From assembly GCA_020051695.1 (NCBI GenBank), contig JAGVQM010000026.1:106329-170328 (forward strand): a DNA stretch of 64,000 nucleotides, in the 5' to 3' direction. The translations under genes were made by a program, and so were the position numbers. The stretch comes from Candidatus Zixiibacteriota bacterium. Lineage in GTDB: Bacteria; Zixibacteria; MSB-5A5; WJJR01; JAJRUJ01. Below, one piece after another: positions 44,550 to 53,860 of the stretch (its first letter is position 1; the number at the start of each line of letters is the position of its first letter). Under the pieces are notes generated by a model, which saw only the letters and a program-made list of their open reading frames with translations, searched no databases and had not been told where the DNA came from.

Positions 44550-45922
44550 TACAATGCAAATTTCCCGGCCGCGCCGACCAAAGCTGCCATTAAGACCGGG
44601 TCCTGTTCCGGCAATACCGTGCGCAGGTCCAGCCGAAAAATCCCTTCGGTGATTGTACCAATGATCGGCGGCTGGTGGCCCCGGAGCCATGCGGCATACT
44701 CATCCACTTTTTGTTCCGGTCTAATTTCCAGTCCCACCGATTGGAATAACTCTTCCGGCAACGAACCGCCGCCGACTGTGGATTCAGTCATGATCACCTT
44801 GCAGTCAATCCCGGCCTGGCGCAGCAACAGCATGATGTCTTCCGCCCGCTGCCGCAGTTTATCCAGCCCGAAGGCCAGCATACGGTACAACGGCAGCCGT
44901 TCGGCGGCCGAGCCATCCAGGTGCGCCCGAGCGGCACAAGCCAGCCCGGCCAGACAGGTTTTGTCAGGCCGCAGGGCGCGGTAAAACGGATCGGACCGGA
45001 GTTTTTCGATAAGTTCCCTTGTCCCGGCAATCATCCCCGCCTGCGGGCCGCCGAACAATTTATCGCCCGAAGCGGTCACCAGATCTGCGCCGTCACGAAT
45101 ACAATCGCTGAGGGTGGGTTCATGCGGCAGGCCGAATTGCCGCAGATCGGAGACAGCACCCGAACCAAGGTCCATCACAAGCGGTATGCCTTGCTCCCGG
45201 CCGATACCGGAAAGCTCTTTCACTCCGGCCTCGGCAATAAAGCCGGTCATTTTGAAATTGCTGCGGTGCACTTTGAGGATTAAACCCGTTGCGGGTCCGA
45301 CCGCCCCGGCATAATCGGAAAGCGAGGTCTTGTTGGTTGTGCCGACTTCTACCAGCCGCGCCCCGGAGCGGGCCAGAATATCGGGAATCCGAAAGCCGCC
45401 GCCGATCTGCACCAATTCACCACGGGAAATGATGACTTCCTTTCCCGCCGCCAAACCGGAAAGACACAAATATACAGCCGCGGCATTATTGTTCACGACC
45501 AGCGCGGCTTCCGCTCCGGCCAGCCGGGCGATCATCGAATCAACCAGCCGCCCCCGTTTGCCGCGTTTGCCGGCCGCCAACTCGTATTCCAGATTGGAAT
45601 ACCCCTCAGGGGCCACACCGGCCTTGCCCAACGGCACGCGGCCCAGATTAGTATGGATCAGCACCCCGGTAGCGTTGATTACGCCGCGCAAGTATTCACC
45701 ATGGCGCTGGGGCAGCAACTCCATAATTTTATCGACCATCACATAATCCGACAGCGGACTGCCGCCGGCAGTCACCGCCCGGCGGACGCCGTCGATAACC
45801 TCCCGCGTCGCATCCACGACCAAGGGGCGGGAATACACGGCAATGGCCGATTCCAGCCGCGGATGGGTGGTCAAAATCTCAACCGAGGGCAGGCGCCGCA
45901 AGTATTCGTTGATATCGTTCAT
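44549..45922 (-). CDS. selA: L-seryl-tRNA(Sec) selenium transferase
   Basis: YLRRLPSVE...INATGVLIHTNLGR...VVNNNAAAV...SGDKLFGGPQAG. ATG 45922 is preceded by GGAGAC and lies 29 nt after the tRNA-Sec 3-prime end. Confidence 0.9.
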   Translation of the reverse strand: MNDINEYLRRLPSVEILTTHPRLESAIAVYSRPLVVDATREVIDGVRRAVTAGGSPLSDYVMVDKIMELLPQRHGEYLRGVINATGVLIHTNLGRVPLGKAGVAPEGYSNLEYELAAGKRGKRGRLVDSMIARLAGAEAALVVNNNAAAVYLCLSGLAAGKEVIISRGELVQIGGGFRIPDILARSGARLVEVGTTNKTSLSDYAGAVGPATGLILKVHRSNFKMTGFIAEAGVKELSGIGREQGIPLVMDLGSGAVSDLRQFGLPHEPTLSDCIRDGADLVTASGDKLFGGPQAGMIAGTRELIEKLRSDPFYRALRPDKTCLAGLACAARAHLDGSAAERLPLYRMLAFGLDKLRQRAEDIMLLLRQAGIDCKVIMTESTVGGGSLPEELFQSVGLEIRPEQKVDEYAAWLRGHQPPIIGTITEGIFRLDLRTVLPEQDPVLMAALVGAAGKFAL

Positions 45923-45951
45923 TGTCTCCAACTTTCATTCAATCAAAATAG

Positions 45952-46046
45952 CGGAAGGGGTGGGAATCGAACCCACCGCGACCGACCCTTGGTCGGCCGC
46001 CTACGGATTTGAAGTCCGCGCCGGCCACCAGACCGAATCCGCTTCC
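45952..46046 (-). tRNA. selC: tRNA-Sec (anticodon UCA)
   Basis: The minus strand reads GGAAGCGG AT TCGGTC TGGT GGCCGG C GCGGA CTTCAAA TCCGT, then a long variable arm (GGCCGACC AAGG GGTCGGTC), then GTGGG TTCGATT CCCAC CCCTTCC G.
- Length is 95 nt.
- The acceptor stem is 8 bp, with one C-C mismatch at pair 6 as I fold it.
- The D stem is 6 bp with a 4-nt loop.
- The anticodon TCA lies at 46010-46012.
- No CCA is encoded. Confidence 0.9.
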
Positions 46047-46052
46047 GGAGTA

Positions 46053-46080
46053 AGTATACTATTTCCCCGGCAAAATGCAA
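46053..46080 (-). promoter_or_regulatory. candidate sigma70-type promoter driving selC (TTGCAT-N16-TATACT)
   Basis: The minus strand reads TTGCATtttgccggggaaatagTATACTtactcc followed directly by the tRNA 5-prime G at 46046. The predicted start therefore coincides with the mature tRNA 5-prime end. Confidence 0.55.
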
Positions 46081-46099
46081 CCGGCGCGAGCCCGGCAGT

Positions 46100-46831
46100 C
46101 TAAATTGAGCGGCCGGTCAGCTTCAGGGGGTCCTCGACTGCCAGATATTCTTTAATCGTAAATCCTTCGGCGTAATTCACGCCGATCTGGTGGCCCAGGT
46201 GCCGGGCGGAGGTGGTCATGAATTCGAAAATATCGACGCCGGGATTGAAAATCTCGCGCGCGCCCTCCCGGGTCCCGAACTGGCTGCGATAGGCCGCCAC
46301 CGCCGCCAGTTTGCGTTCAAACTGCGCGGAAATATCGACCAAAAACGAATGCCGCACATCGCGGAGATTCGAGGAATATAAAATCCGTGTCGGCCGATGG
46401 GGATCGCCCGGGGCAAAGTATTTTTGCAGCCCGGCAAGATAACAGGCGTCGTACCCGAGGTTTCCCGCCTCCCGGTGATCGGGATGACGTTGTTTCCAAT
46501 ACGGCAACACCACCATTTGGGGCCGCAGCCGTCGCAGGACCGTGACGGTCCGTTGCTGATATTCCGGGATATTGCGCAACCCGGCGTCCGGCAGGCCGAG
46601 GTTTTCCCGATAGGCGATACCCATCAGCCGGGCCGCCTCCGCCGCTTCGGCTTCACGATCGGCGGCCGTACCCCGCGTGCCCATCTCCCCCGCAGTCAAA
46701 TCCAGCAGCCCGACCTGATACCCCAAATCTACGAGCTTGATCACCGTGCCGCCACAAACGATCTCAGTATCATCACGGTGGGCGGCGATAAATAAAACGT
46801 CAAGGGTCTGTGCCATAATCATCCGTGTCAT
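46100..46831 (-). CDS. bshB1: PIG-L/LmbE-family N-acetylglucosaminyl deacetylase (bacillithiol BshB1-like)
   Basis: LDVLFIAAHRDDTEIVCGGTVIKL...HPDH. ATGA overlap with the bshA stop. The operon context with bshA and bshC supports the call. Confidence 0.75.
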   Translation of the reverse strand: MTRMIMAQTLDVLFIAAHRDDTEIVCGGTVIKLVDLGYQVGLLDLTAGEMGTRGTAADREAEAAEAARLMGIAYRENLGLPDAGLRNIPEYQQRTVTVLRRLRPQMVVLPYWKQRHPDHREAGNLGYDACYLAGLQKYFAPGDPHRPTRILYSSNLRDVRHSFLVDISAQFERKLAAVAAYRSQFGTREGAREIFNPGVDIFEFMTTSARHLGHQIGVNYAEGFTIKEYLAVEDPLKLTGRSI

Positions 46832-47937
46832 GCCTGATAAATTTGTTCATACTGTGGAATAATTATCTCGGCAGTAAAATTATTTTGCACCGTCGATAAC
46901 GCGGCGTTGATGAGCGAAGACGACAGTTCCCTGTCAGACAACAACTGGTGCAGCTTTTCGGCCCCGCCGTCATAATCATCAGGATCGATCAGAAAGCCCG
47001 TGACGCCGTCGGCAATGACTTCACTGACCCCGCCGACATCGGAGGCCACCACCGGTACGCCGCAGGCCATGGCCTCCAGTGCCGCCAGCCCGAAACTTTC
47101 ATAATACGACGGCAGGAGGAACGCGTCGGCGCAGGCAAATATATTTTCCACCCGCTGCTGGTTGCCCAGAAAATGCACGCGGTCGGCAACACCGAGGCGG
47201 CCGGCCAGCTCCAACACCGCCCCACTATCGGGGCCGTCGCCCACAAGCAACAGCACCGCCGGCTGTTTTTGCGTCAGCTGGTGGAACATATGCACCACCC
47301 CGGTGACGTTTTTCACCGGCCGGAAATTCGAAAGGTGCATGACCACCTTTTCGCCATTGGGCGCATACCGGGATTTGCAAACATGCCGTCCCTGCGGCCG
47401 AAAGCGCGTGGTATCGACAAAATTGTAGACCACATCGATGTCGCGCTGGACGCCGAATTCCGCTCTGGTTTTGGCCGCCAAATATTTTGAGACAGCGGTG
47501 ACCCGGTCGGAAACAGCAATTGAGTGTTTGGTGATTTCAAAAAACGATTTGTCCATGCCCACCAATGTAATGTCGGTGCCGTGCAGTGTGGTGACCAGTT
47601 TCGGCGCCGCCTCGCCCAGCATCTCCTGCGCCAGATGACCGGCGATGGCAAAAGGAATGGCATAATGCACGTGCAGGACATCGAGTTTCACCTGCCGGGC
47701 CACGCTGCTCATCCGCGAAGCCAACGACAGCGTATACGGCGGATATTCAAATAACGGGTATGTCGAGACTTCGACTTCGTGATAGAAGACATTGGGCGCA
47801 AATCCGTCCAGACGATACGGGAGCGCGTGGCTGATAAAATGCACTTCGTGGCCCCGTTTGGCCAGTTGTCCCCCCAGTTCGGTGGCCAAAACTCCCGAAC
47901 CGCCGGGTACCGGATAACAGGTGATGCCGATTTTCAT
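46828..47937 (-). CDS. bshA: GT4 glycosyltransferase, N-acetyl-alpha-D-glucosaminyl L-malate synthase (BshA-like)
   Basis: [36 protein letters not shown]...[26 protein letters not shown]. Confidence 0.8.
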   Translation of the reverse strand: MKIGITCYPVPGGSGVLATELGGQLAKRGHEVHFISHALPYRLDGFAPNVFYHEVEVSTYPLFEYPPYTLSLASRMSSVARQVKLDVLHVHYAIPFAIAGHLAQEMLGEAAPKLVTTLHGTDITLVGMDKSFFEITKHSIAVSDRVTAVSKYLAAKTRAEFGVQRDIDVVYNFVDTTRFRPQGRHVCKSRYAPNGEKVVMHLSNFRPVKNVTGVVHMFHQLTQKQPAVLLLVGDGPDSGAVLELAGRLGVADRVHFLGNQQRVENIFACADAFLLPSYYESFGLAALEAMACGVPVVASDVGGVSEVIADGVTGFLIDPDDYDGGAEKLHQLLSDRELSSSLINAALSTVQNNFTAEIIIPQYEQIYQA

Positions 47938-47944
47938 GTGCGCC

Positions 47945-49573
47945 TCACAGCTCCAGCTTGAGCAGCTGATGATCCCCCGTATCCAGCCGCAAGTGTTCCG
48001 CGATATATTTTACCAGACCGAAACCATACTTGTTCAAATAATAGGGCAGTCCGATCACGCGTTCTTGAAGTTTGCCCTCCGGGTACAGATGCGCGGAAAT
48101 CTTGTAGACCTGTTCGCGAATGATCTCGTTTTTCCGTTTGTGTGCCTGAAAGGCCTTTTTCTCCAACGCGTTCAATTCGGCATTCATCTTCCCCGCACCC
48201 AGACTGAAACTCTTTTGCAGTGTCGGCTCAAAGGAAGCCACCGCCTTTTCCAGTTCACCGAGATGCTCGGTGAAACACTCCCGGGATTCGGCGAACAATC
48301 GGACCAGATCAGCCGGAAAAGACCGCTGGGCCACTTTGTTGACCACGGCCTCAGGGTCGGTCAGTATTTCCGGGACGGTAAGCGCCAATTTCTCGACGGC
48401 ATGATGAATTTTTCTTTCGACCAGGGTAACAAACGGACGAGGAATCACTACGGGTTGGATGACGCCGTATAAATCGAACAGCGCCCGCGATTGGGCCCAA
48501 TAGGCCACTTCGGACGGACCGGCAAGATAAGCCACGGTCGGAAACAGGAAGTTCTGCAACACCGGCCGCAGCAACACGCCCGGCGAGAAATTTTGCGGTT
48601 CCCGGGCGAGGGTCTCCAGCCATTCGTCCGTGGATTTCGCTACGCTTCCGTCGGTGAATATTCCTTGGCCTGCCACATTCAATGGCACTCGCTGCCCATT
48701 GAAATAAAACAAATTAGTGTTTGCCGGTGGGTGCGATACCTGCAGATGATAACGCGATTCGGCCAAACGTAAATTGACCAATTCCAGCGCTTGCGCTGCA
48801 CACTCCGGCGCGCGCAATTCACGGGCAAATAAATCGGCCCCCAATTTTTTGGCCTCGGGATCGGCGGGCGAGAACAATACCAGGCCCATCCCGGTAAAAA
48901 CCCGCGCCATCCAGCGGCCAAAGGCCGTGGCCATGGTTACGCCCGGTTGATAACATTCCACGAGCGCCTGTTCGATTTCCGCCGAAAATTCGGTGGGCAG
49001 ACTACCCGCGTGCAGAGCTTGATGTACTTCTTTAACTCGTTCATCCAAGACGATCTGTGATGTAGGAATACGCTCCGGCTCGACCGCTGGGCGGTAATCC
49101 AGGTGCTGCACGATATTTTCAGGAGTTTGGAAGGCAGTCCAGCGGATTTCAGCGAAGTCGTGATCGTCGTCGGCCAGCCAGAAAACCGGGACGATGGGAC
49201 GACCAAGCATACGTTCCAGCCGCCGCGCGTGCCCTACAGCCCCGAGGGCTTTATAGATTGTGTACAGCGGCCCGCCGAAAAGCCCGACTTGCTGCCCGGT
49301 AAAAACCGTCAGCGCCCGGCTGTCCCGCAGACGTTCGATATTGTCCCGGACAGAATCGTCCACCCGGTATTCAGTATTTTGCCGCGCAAGAATTTCAACG
49401 ATCTGCCCACGGTGATAGGTTTGCCCGTCCAACAGGTGGGCGCATGAGGCAAATTCACGCTGGGAACGAAAAGGCCAGGGGAAAAATGCTCCCACATGCT
49501 GCGGGTCGTATAAATAATCTAAAAATAACCGGCTGCCGCCCGGTAGCCGGTCAAATGTAATCGATGAATTCAT
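47945..49573 (-). CDS. bshC: bacillithiol biosynthesis cysteine-adding enzyme (BshC/UPF0747)
   Basis: VFTGQQVGLFGGPLYTIYKALG...PVFWLADDDHDFAEI matches the BshC hallmark GGQQAGLLTGPLYTIHK...FWVAGEDHDLDEI. ATG 49573 gives 542 aa; the track start at 49687 would overlap the RND gene. Confidence 0.75.
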   Translation of the reverse strand: MNSSITFDRLPGGSRLFLDYLYDPQHVGAFFPWPFRSQREFASCAHLLDGQTYHRGQIVEILARQNTEYRVDDSVRDNIERLRDSRALTVFTGQQVGLFGGPLYTIYKALGAVGHARRLERMLGRPIVPVFWLADDDHDFAEIRWTAFQTPENIVQHLDYRPAVEPERIPTSQIVLDERVKEVHQALHAGSLPTEFSAEIEQALVECYQPGVTMATAFGRWMARVFTGMGLVLFSPADPEAKKLGADLFARELRAPECAAQALELVNLRLAESRYHLQVSHPPANTNLFYFNGQRVPLNVAGQGIFTDGSVAKSTDEWLETLAREPQNFSPGVLLRPVLQNFLFPTVAYLAGPSEVAYWAQSRALFDLYGVIQPVVIPRPFVTLVERKIHHAVEKLALTVPEILTDPEAVVNKVAQRSFPADLVRLFAESRECFTEHLGELEKAVASFEPTLQKSFSLGAGKMNAELNALEKKAFQAHKRKNEIIREQVYKISAHLYPEGKLQERVIGLPYYLNKYGFGLVKYIAEHLRLDTGDHQLLKLEL

Positions 49574-49622
49574 CACGCTTGTATGGTTCAGGTCATCTTG
49601 CACTCGATCGGCGTCTGGCGGT

Positions 49623-52600
49623 TCAGGCCGGCTTTTCTGCCACGGGCCGTTTCTTTTTCCGCCCAAACAGGCCGAAAAAATCTTCAATTAGAGTATATAC
49701 GACGGGAACCACGACAAGTGTGAGCACCGTGGAGGAAATCACGCCGCCGATCACCGCATGCGCCATCGGTTTACGCATCTCGGCGCCTTCCCCCAAGCCC
49801 AAAGCCAGCGGTACCAAACCCAAAACAGTTGTCGCAGCAGTCATCAGAATCGGCCGTAATCTGATTGGCCCGGCTTTCAGAATCGCGGCGGTTCGATCAT
49901 CGCCCGCACGGCGGGCCTGCTTGACAAAGTCGATCAGTAAAATGGCGTTTTTTGTGACCAAACCCATCAGCAATACGACTCCAATAAGTGAAATTAGTGA
50001 AATACTCGTGCCGCCTACCAGTAACCCAATCATGGCCCCCACCAACGCCAGGGGGAGGGAAATCATGATCGATATCGGATCTACAAAACTCTCGTACTGC
50101 GAAGCCAGCACCATGTAGATAAACAGAACCGAGGCCATCAACGCCACGACAATCCGGTTGAATGAGTCCGCCTGCCATTCGGCGATGCCAATGGCGCCGA
50201 CTTTATACCCCGGCGGCACATGAATCTTGGCAACTTTCTCATCAACTGCCGTACGAACATCACCGGCAAAAGCTCCCGCCGTATTCGCCGAGATCAACAC
50301 CTGGCGCTGGCGGTCATAGCGATTGATTTCCATTGGACCCCGGCGCTCCGTCAGCCGGGCGATTTGGTTCAAGGGGACAAAAAAATTGTCCTGCCCGGGG
50401 ACTTCTTTGGAACTTTCGATTTTCAAGGAGGCGATATCCCAATCGTCCTGGCGGTCTGTCTCCCGAAGCTGGACGATAACATCGAATTCATCATCGCCTT
50501 CCTTGTAGGTCGTAATTTCCCGGCCATCAACGAGGTACTGCAGTGTGGAGGCCAGGCTATACACGTTAATCCCCAATTCTGAGGCACGGGAGCGGTCGAT
50601 TTCCAATTGGATTTCCGGCCGCCCGCCTTCCAGAGAATTGTTCACGTCTACTGCCCCCGGCACACGCTTGACCGAATCCTCGACAGCCGCGGCCAGCCGG
50701 GCGATTACGTCCAGATTATCTCCGGTGACCGAAATCTGCACCTGCGAACCGTGCTCCCCACCCTCGGTATTAATTGAGGTGAATACGCCGGGGGTGTGCC
50801 GTAATTGGGCCCGCAACTCATCAATAATCTCAAAAACACTGCGCTCCCGTCCACTGCGCGGCCCCAGTTTGATAACCATCGTCCCTTCGGAAACACTGCC
50901 CTGCCCCGAACCGATGGTCGTGTAAATATGTTTGGTTTCGGCGTACGAGCGCGCCAGTTGTTCAAGCTTGGCCGCTTCCTCCGCGGTTTTGTCCAGGGAG
51001 GTACCCGGAGCCGTTTCAAAAGCGACATAAATTTCGCCCTCATCGGTCAAGGGCATGAATTCCACTCCGGCCATTTTGCCCAGGAAAAGACTGAAGACAA
51101 ACAAGACCGTAGCTGCACTTATCGTGAGCAGGCGATGCCGCAAGGAAAAGGCGAGAAAGCGGGTGTAGATGTGGGCCAGACGATTGTACCCGGCGTCGAC
51201 TCGGGCCATTATTCCCCGTTTGGTCTTTTTGTCGCCGGAAGTTTCCTCCGGTGCAAAATCGGCGGGCCTGGCCTTGCGGGCCAGAATGGCGAACATCATC
51301 GGCGTCAGGGTGAAGGCGACAAACAGACTGAAGGCGATGGAAATCGCCACGGTCATGGCAAATTGATGGAAGTACTGCCCGACAATCCCGCCCATGTAGG
51401 CGATCGGCACAAACACCACAATAATGGAAAAGGTCGTAGCCATCACCGCCATGCCGATTTCCGAGGTCGCCCGGGACGAGGCGACTTCGGCTGATTCGCC
51501 CAGCGTAAAATGCCGGTGAATATTTTCCACCACGACAATGGCATCGTCGATTAACAACCCCACAGCGATGGAAAGCCCCAACAGACTCATGAAATTGACT
51601 GAGAAACCAAGCATATACATGCCGAAAAACGACGCGATGATCGATGTGGGAATGGCCAAAGCGGAAATCAATGTCGTCCGCCAGGAAGCTAAGAAGAAAA
51701 AGATGACCACGACCGCCAAAGCACCGCCGATTTCGATATTGGAGATCACATCGGCCACCGCTTCTTCAATAAAAATCGAATTATCAGTGGCGATTTCAAT
51801 CAGGATATCCGAGGGTAGTTCATTCTTCAGCTCCGCCAGTTTTTGCTTTACATGCTCGGCAACATCGACGGTATTGGCGCCCACCTGGCGGATGATATCC
51901 AATCCGACCGCCTCATTGCCGTCATAGAAGGCCATTGAGCGGCGCTCGGCGATGCCGTCAACGACCGTGGCAACATCCTTGACATGGACCGGCATCCCCT
52001 GCCGCCGGGCGACGACAAGGTCATTGAAATCACGCCAGTCGGCAATCTTGCCCAGAGTGCGGATTGTCAGTTCCGATTGTCCGCGTTCCAGCCGGCCCGC
52101 GGGTATTTCCAGATTGGCCGATTGAATAGCGACGGCGATCTCCTGGACCGAAACTGCGAACGCCTCCATTTTCGGACGATCCAGTACGATTTGTATTTCC
52201 CGCTCGGCGCCCCCCACCAGACTCACGGCGCCGACACCGTCGACCGCTTCCAGCCGTTTGACGATGATATCTTTGGTCAGCGTCGTAATTTCCTTCAACT
52301 GACGGGGGCCGGAAATCGTCAGGGACATGATCGGCATCGATTCCGGGTCGTACCGTTGAACGACCGGCTCTTCAATCCCCTCGGGCAGGCCGGACCGGAT
52401 GACGGCGATTTTCTCGCGCGCCTCGTTGGCTTTCTCCACCGGGTCGGTATTCAACTCGAACTGAATGAGGATCAGTGAATATCCCTCGTAGGACGTGCTG
52501 GTCAGGTGTTCGATGGCGGAGATCGTGTTGACCGCCTCCTCGATCGGGACCGTGACTTCGGATTCAACGGTTTCCGGACCAGCGCCGGGATACAACGTCG

Positions 52601-52742
52601 AAATGACCACGAAGGGGAATTCGACATTGGGGAACAAGTCGACCGACATCATCTTATACCCGAAAATCCCCAGCACCATGAAGGCGCAAATGACCATCGT
52701 GGCAAACACCGGCCGCTTGATGGAAGTATCAGCCAAAAACAT
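49623..52742 (-). CDS. RND efflux transporter permease (AcrB/HAE1-like)
   Basis: 1039 aa. MFLADTSIKRPVFATMVICAFMVLG... Twelve-TM topology with two large periplasmic loops, and ...GLLIDDAIVVVENI.... Confidence 0.92.
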   Translation of the reverse strand: MFLADTSIKRPVFATMVICAFMVLGIFGYKMMSVDLFPNVEFPFVVISTLYPGAGPETVESEVTVPIEEAVNTISAIEHLTSTSYEGYSLILIQFELNTDPVEKANEAREKIAVIRSGLPEGIEEPVVQRYDPESMPIMSLTISGPRQLKEITTLTKDIIVKRLEAVDGVGAVSLVGGAEREIQIVLDRPKMEAFAVSVQEIAVAIQSANLEIPAGRLERGQSELTIRTLGKIADWRDFNDLVVARRQGMPVHVKDVATVVDGIAERRSMAFYDGNEAVGLDIIRQVGANTVDVAEHVKQKLAELKNELPSDILIEIATDNSIFIEEAVADVISNIEIGGALAVVVIFFFLASWRTTLISALAIPTSIIASFFGMYMLGFSVNFMSLLGLSIAVGLLIDDAIVVVENIHRHFTLGESAEVASSRATSEIGMAVMATTFSIIVVFVPIAYMGGIVGQYFHQFAMTVAISIAFSLFVAFTLTPMMFAILARKARPADFAPEETSGDKKTKRGIMARVDAGYNRLAHIYTRFLAFSLRHRLLTISAATVLFVFSLFLGKMAGVEFMPLTDEGEIYVAFETAPGTSLDKTAEEAAKLEQLARSYAETKHIYTTIGSGQGSVSEGTMVIKLGPRSGRERSVFEIIDELRAQLRHTPGVFTSINTEGGEHGSQVQISVTGDNLDVIARLAAAVEDSVKRVPGAVDVNNSLEGGRPEIQLEIDRSRASELGINVYSLASTLQYLVDGREITTYKEGDDEFDVIVQLRETDRQDDWDIASLKIESSKEVPGQDNFFVPLNQIARLTERRGPMEINRYDRQRQVLISANTAGAFAGDVRTAVDEKVAKIHVPPGYKVGAIGIAEWQADSFNRIVVALMASVLFIYMVLASQYESFVDPISIMISLPLALVGAMIGLLVGGTSISLISLIGVVLLMGLVTKNAILLIDFVKQARRAGDDRTAAILKAGPIRLRPILMTAATTVLGLVPLALGLGEGAEMRKPMAHAVIGGVISSTVLTLVVVPVVYTLIEDFFGLFGRKKKRPVAEKPA

Positions 52743-52753
52743 GACGTCGCCCT

Positions 52754-53794
52754 TTATTCAATTGATTCGATGCTGATCCGCGTGCGGTCCTGCAATGATT
52801 GCTGGCCGAAGATAACCACGCGGTCACCGGCGGAGAGGCCGCTCTTGATTTCAGTGGTTTCTTCGACGGTTAACCCCTCGACCACGGACACAAAATGGGC
52901 CAGGGAATCGACAGCAACAAACACGCCACGCACCGCCCCCCGATCCACCAGCGCATCGACCGGCACCGTAACAACTTGCTCCAGCCGGCCAAGCACTACT
53001 TCCCCCGTGACATACATTCCGGGACGCAACAAACCGTCCGGGTTGGGAATCAGCACATCCACCGCCACCGTCCGTGTCACCGGGTTGGCCGATTCCGATA
53101 TTTTCTGAATCCACCCGGCGCCGGTGATCGTCGTGTCCAATTCAGAGCGGATATTCACGGCCGCACCCCGGGCCATCGGCCGGGCATCGAAATACGGGAT
53201 CTCCAGGGTCAGCCGCATCGTGTCGACCGCCGCGATTACTGCCAGCGTCTGGCCCGCCATGGCCTGCTGACCGATCTTCACCTGGATGTCCGTAAGAATC
53301 CCGTTAATCGGCGATTTAATTTGTACTTGATCGCGCGCGGCTTCGTAATTGGCCAGGGTTATTTTATGCTGGGTTTCGGTGATATCTCGTTCTTGTTCGG
53401 AGACCGCTCCGCCCTCGAACAACCGTTGATATTTTTCGAAATTGCGTTTGGCATCAAGATAAGCAGCTTCCACCTGCCGGACCTGCGACGTCGGACCGTA
53501 CATATCGAAAACAATGAGGACATCACCGGCCCTGACCTTGTCGCCTTCAGTTGCCCGGAGTGCGACCACCGTTTCCGGAATCTTCGCGGTCGGTTCGGCC
53601 TGCCGAATACCGGCCAACGACCCACTGTACGACCGGGTCCATACCAGGTCGGTTACTTTGGCCTCGGTCACCGCCACGGGCACGGCATAGGAATTGGCAT
53701 TTTCCTCAACTGCCGGACCGCTGCAACCATATAGGACGACCATCAGCCCCGCGCAAATCAATACTCTTTTGCTGTGTCTCACCGCAGACATCAT
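52754..53794 (-). CDS. RND efflux periplasmic adaptor (membrane fusion protein) lipoprotein
   Basis: Lipobox VLYGCS. Lipoyl/hairpin/beta-barrel pattern (...KVRAGDVLIVFD...SPINGILTDIQVKIGQ...). It sits directly upstream of the RND permease. Confidence 0.88.
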   Translation of the reverse strand: MMSAVRHSKRVLICAGLMVVLYGCSGPAVEENANSYAVPVAVTEAKVTDLVWTRSYSGSLAGIRQAEPTAKIPETVVALRATEGDKVRAGDVLIVFDMYGPTSQVRQVEAAYLDAKRNFEKYQRLFEGGAVSEQERDITETQHKITLANYEAARDQVQIKSPINGILTDIQVKIGQQAMAGQTLAVIAAVDTMRLTLEIPYFDARPMARGAAVNIRSELDTTITGAGWIQKISESANPVTRTVAVDVLIPNPDGLLRPGMYVTGEVVLGRLEQVVTVPVDALVDRGAVRGVFVAVDSLAHFVSVVEGLTVEETTEIKSGLSAGDRVVIFGQQSLQDRTRISIESIE

Positions 53795-53860
53795 CTGTCA
53801 ACTCCGTACTTCAATGCCCGGACCGCTGTCGCAAAAGCGTATCCCGGCAGGCAGAATCAT

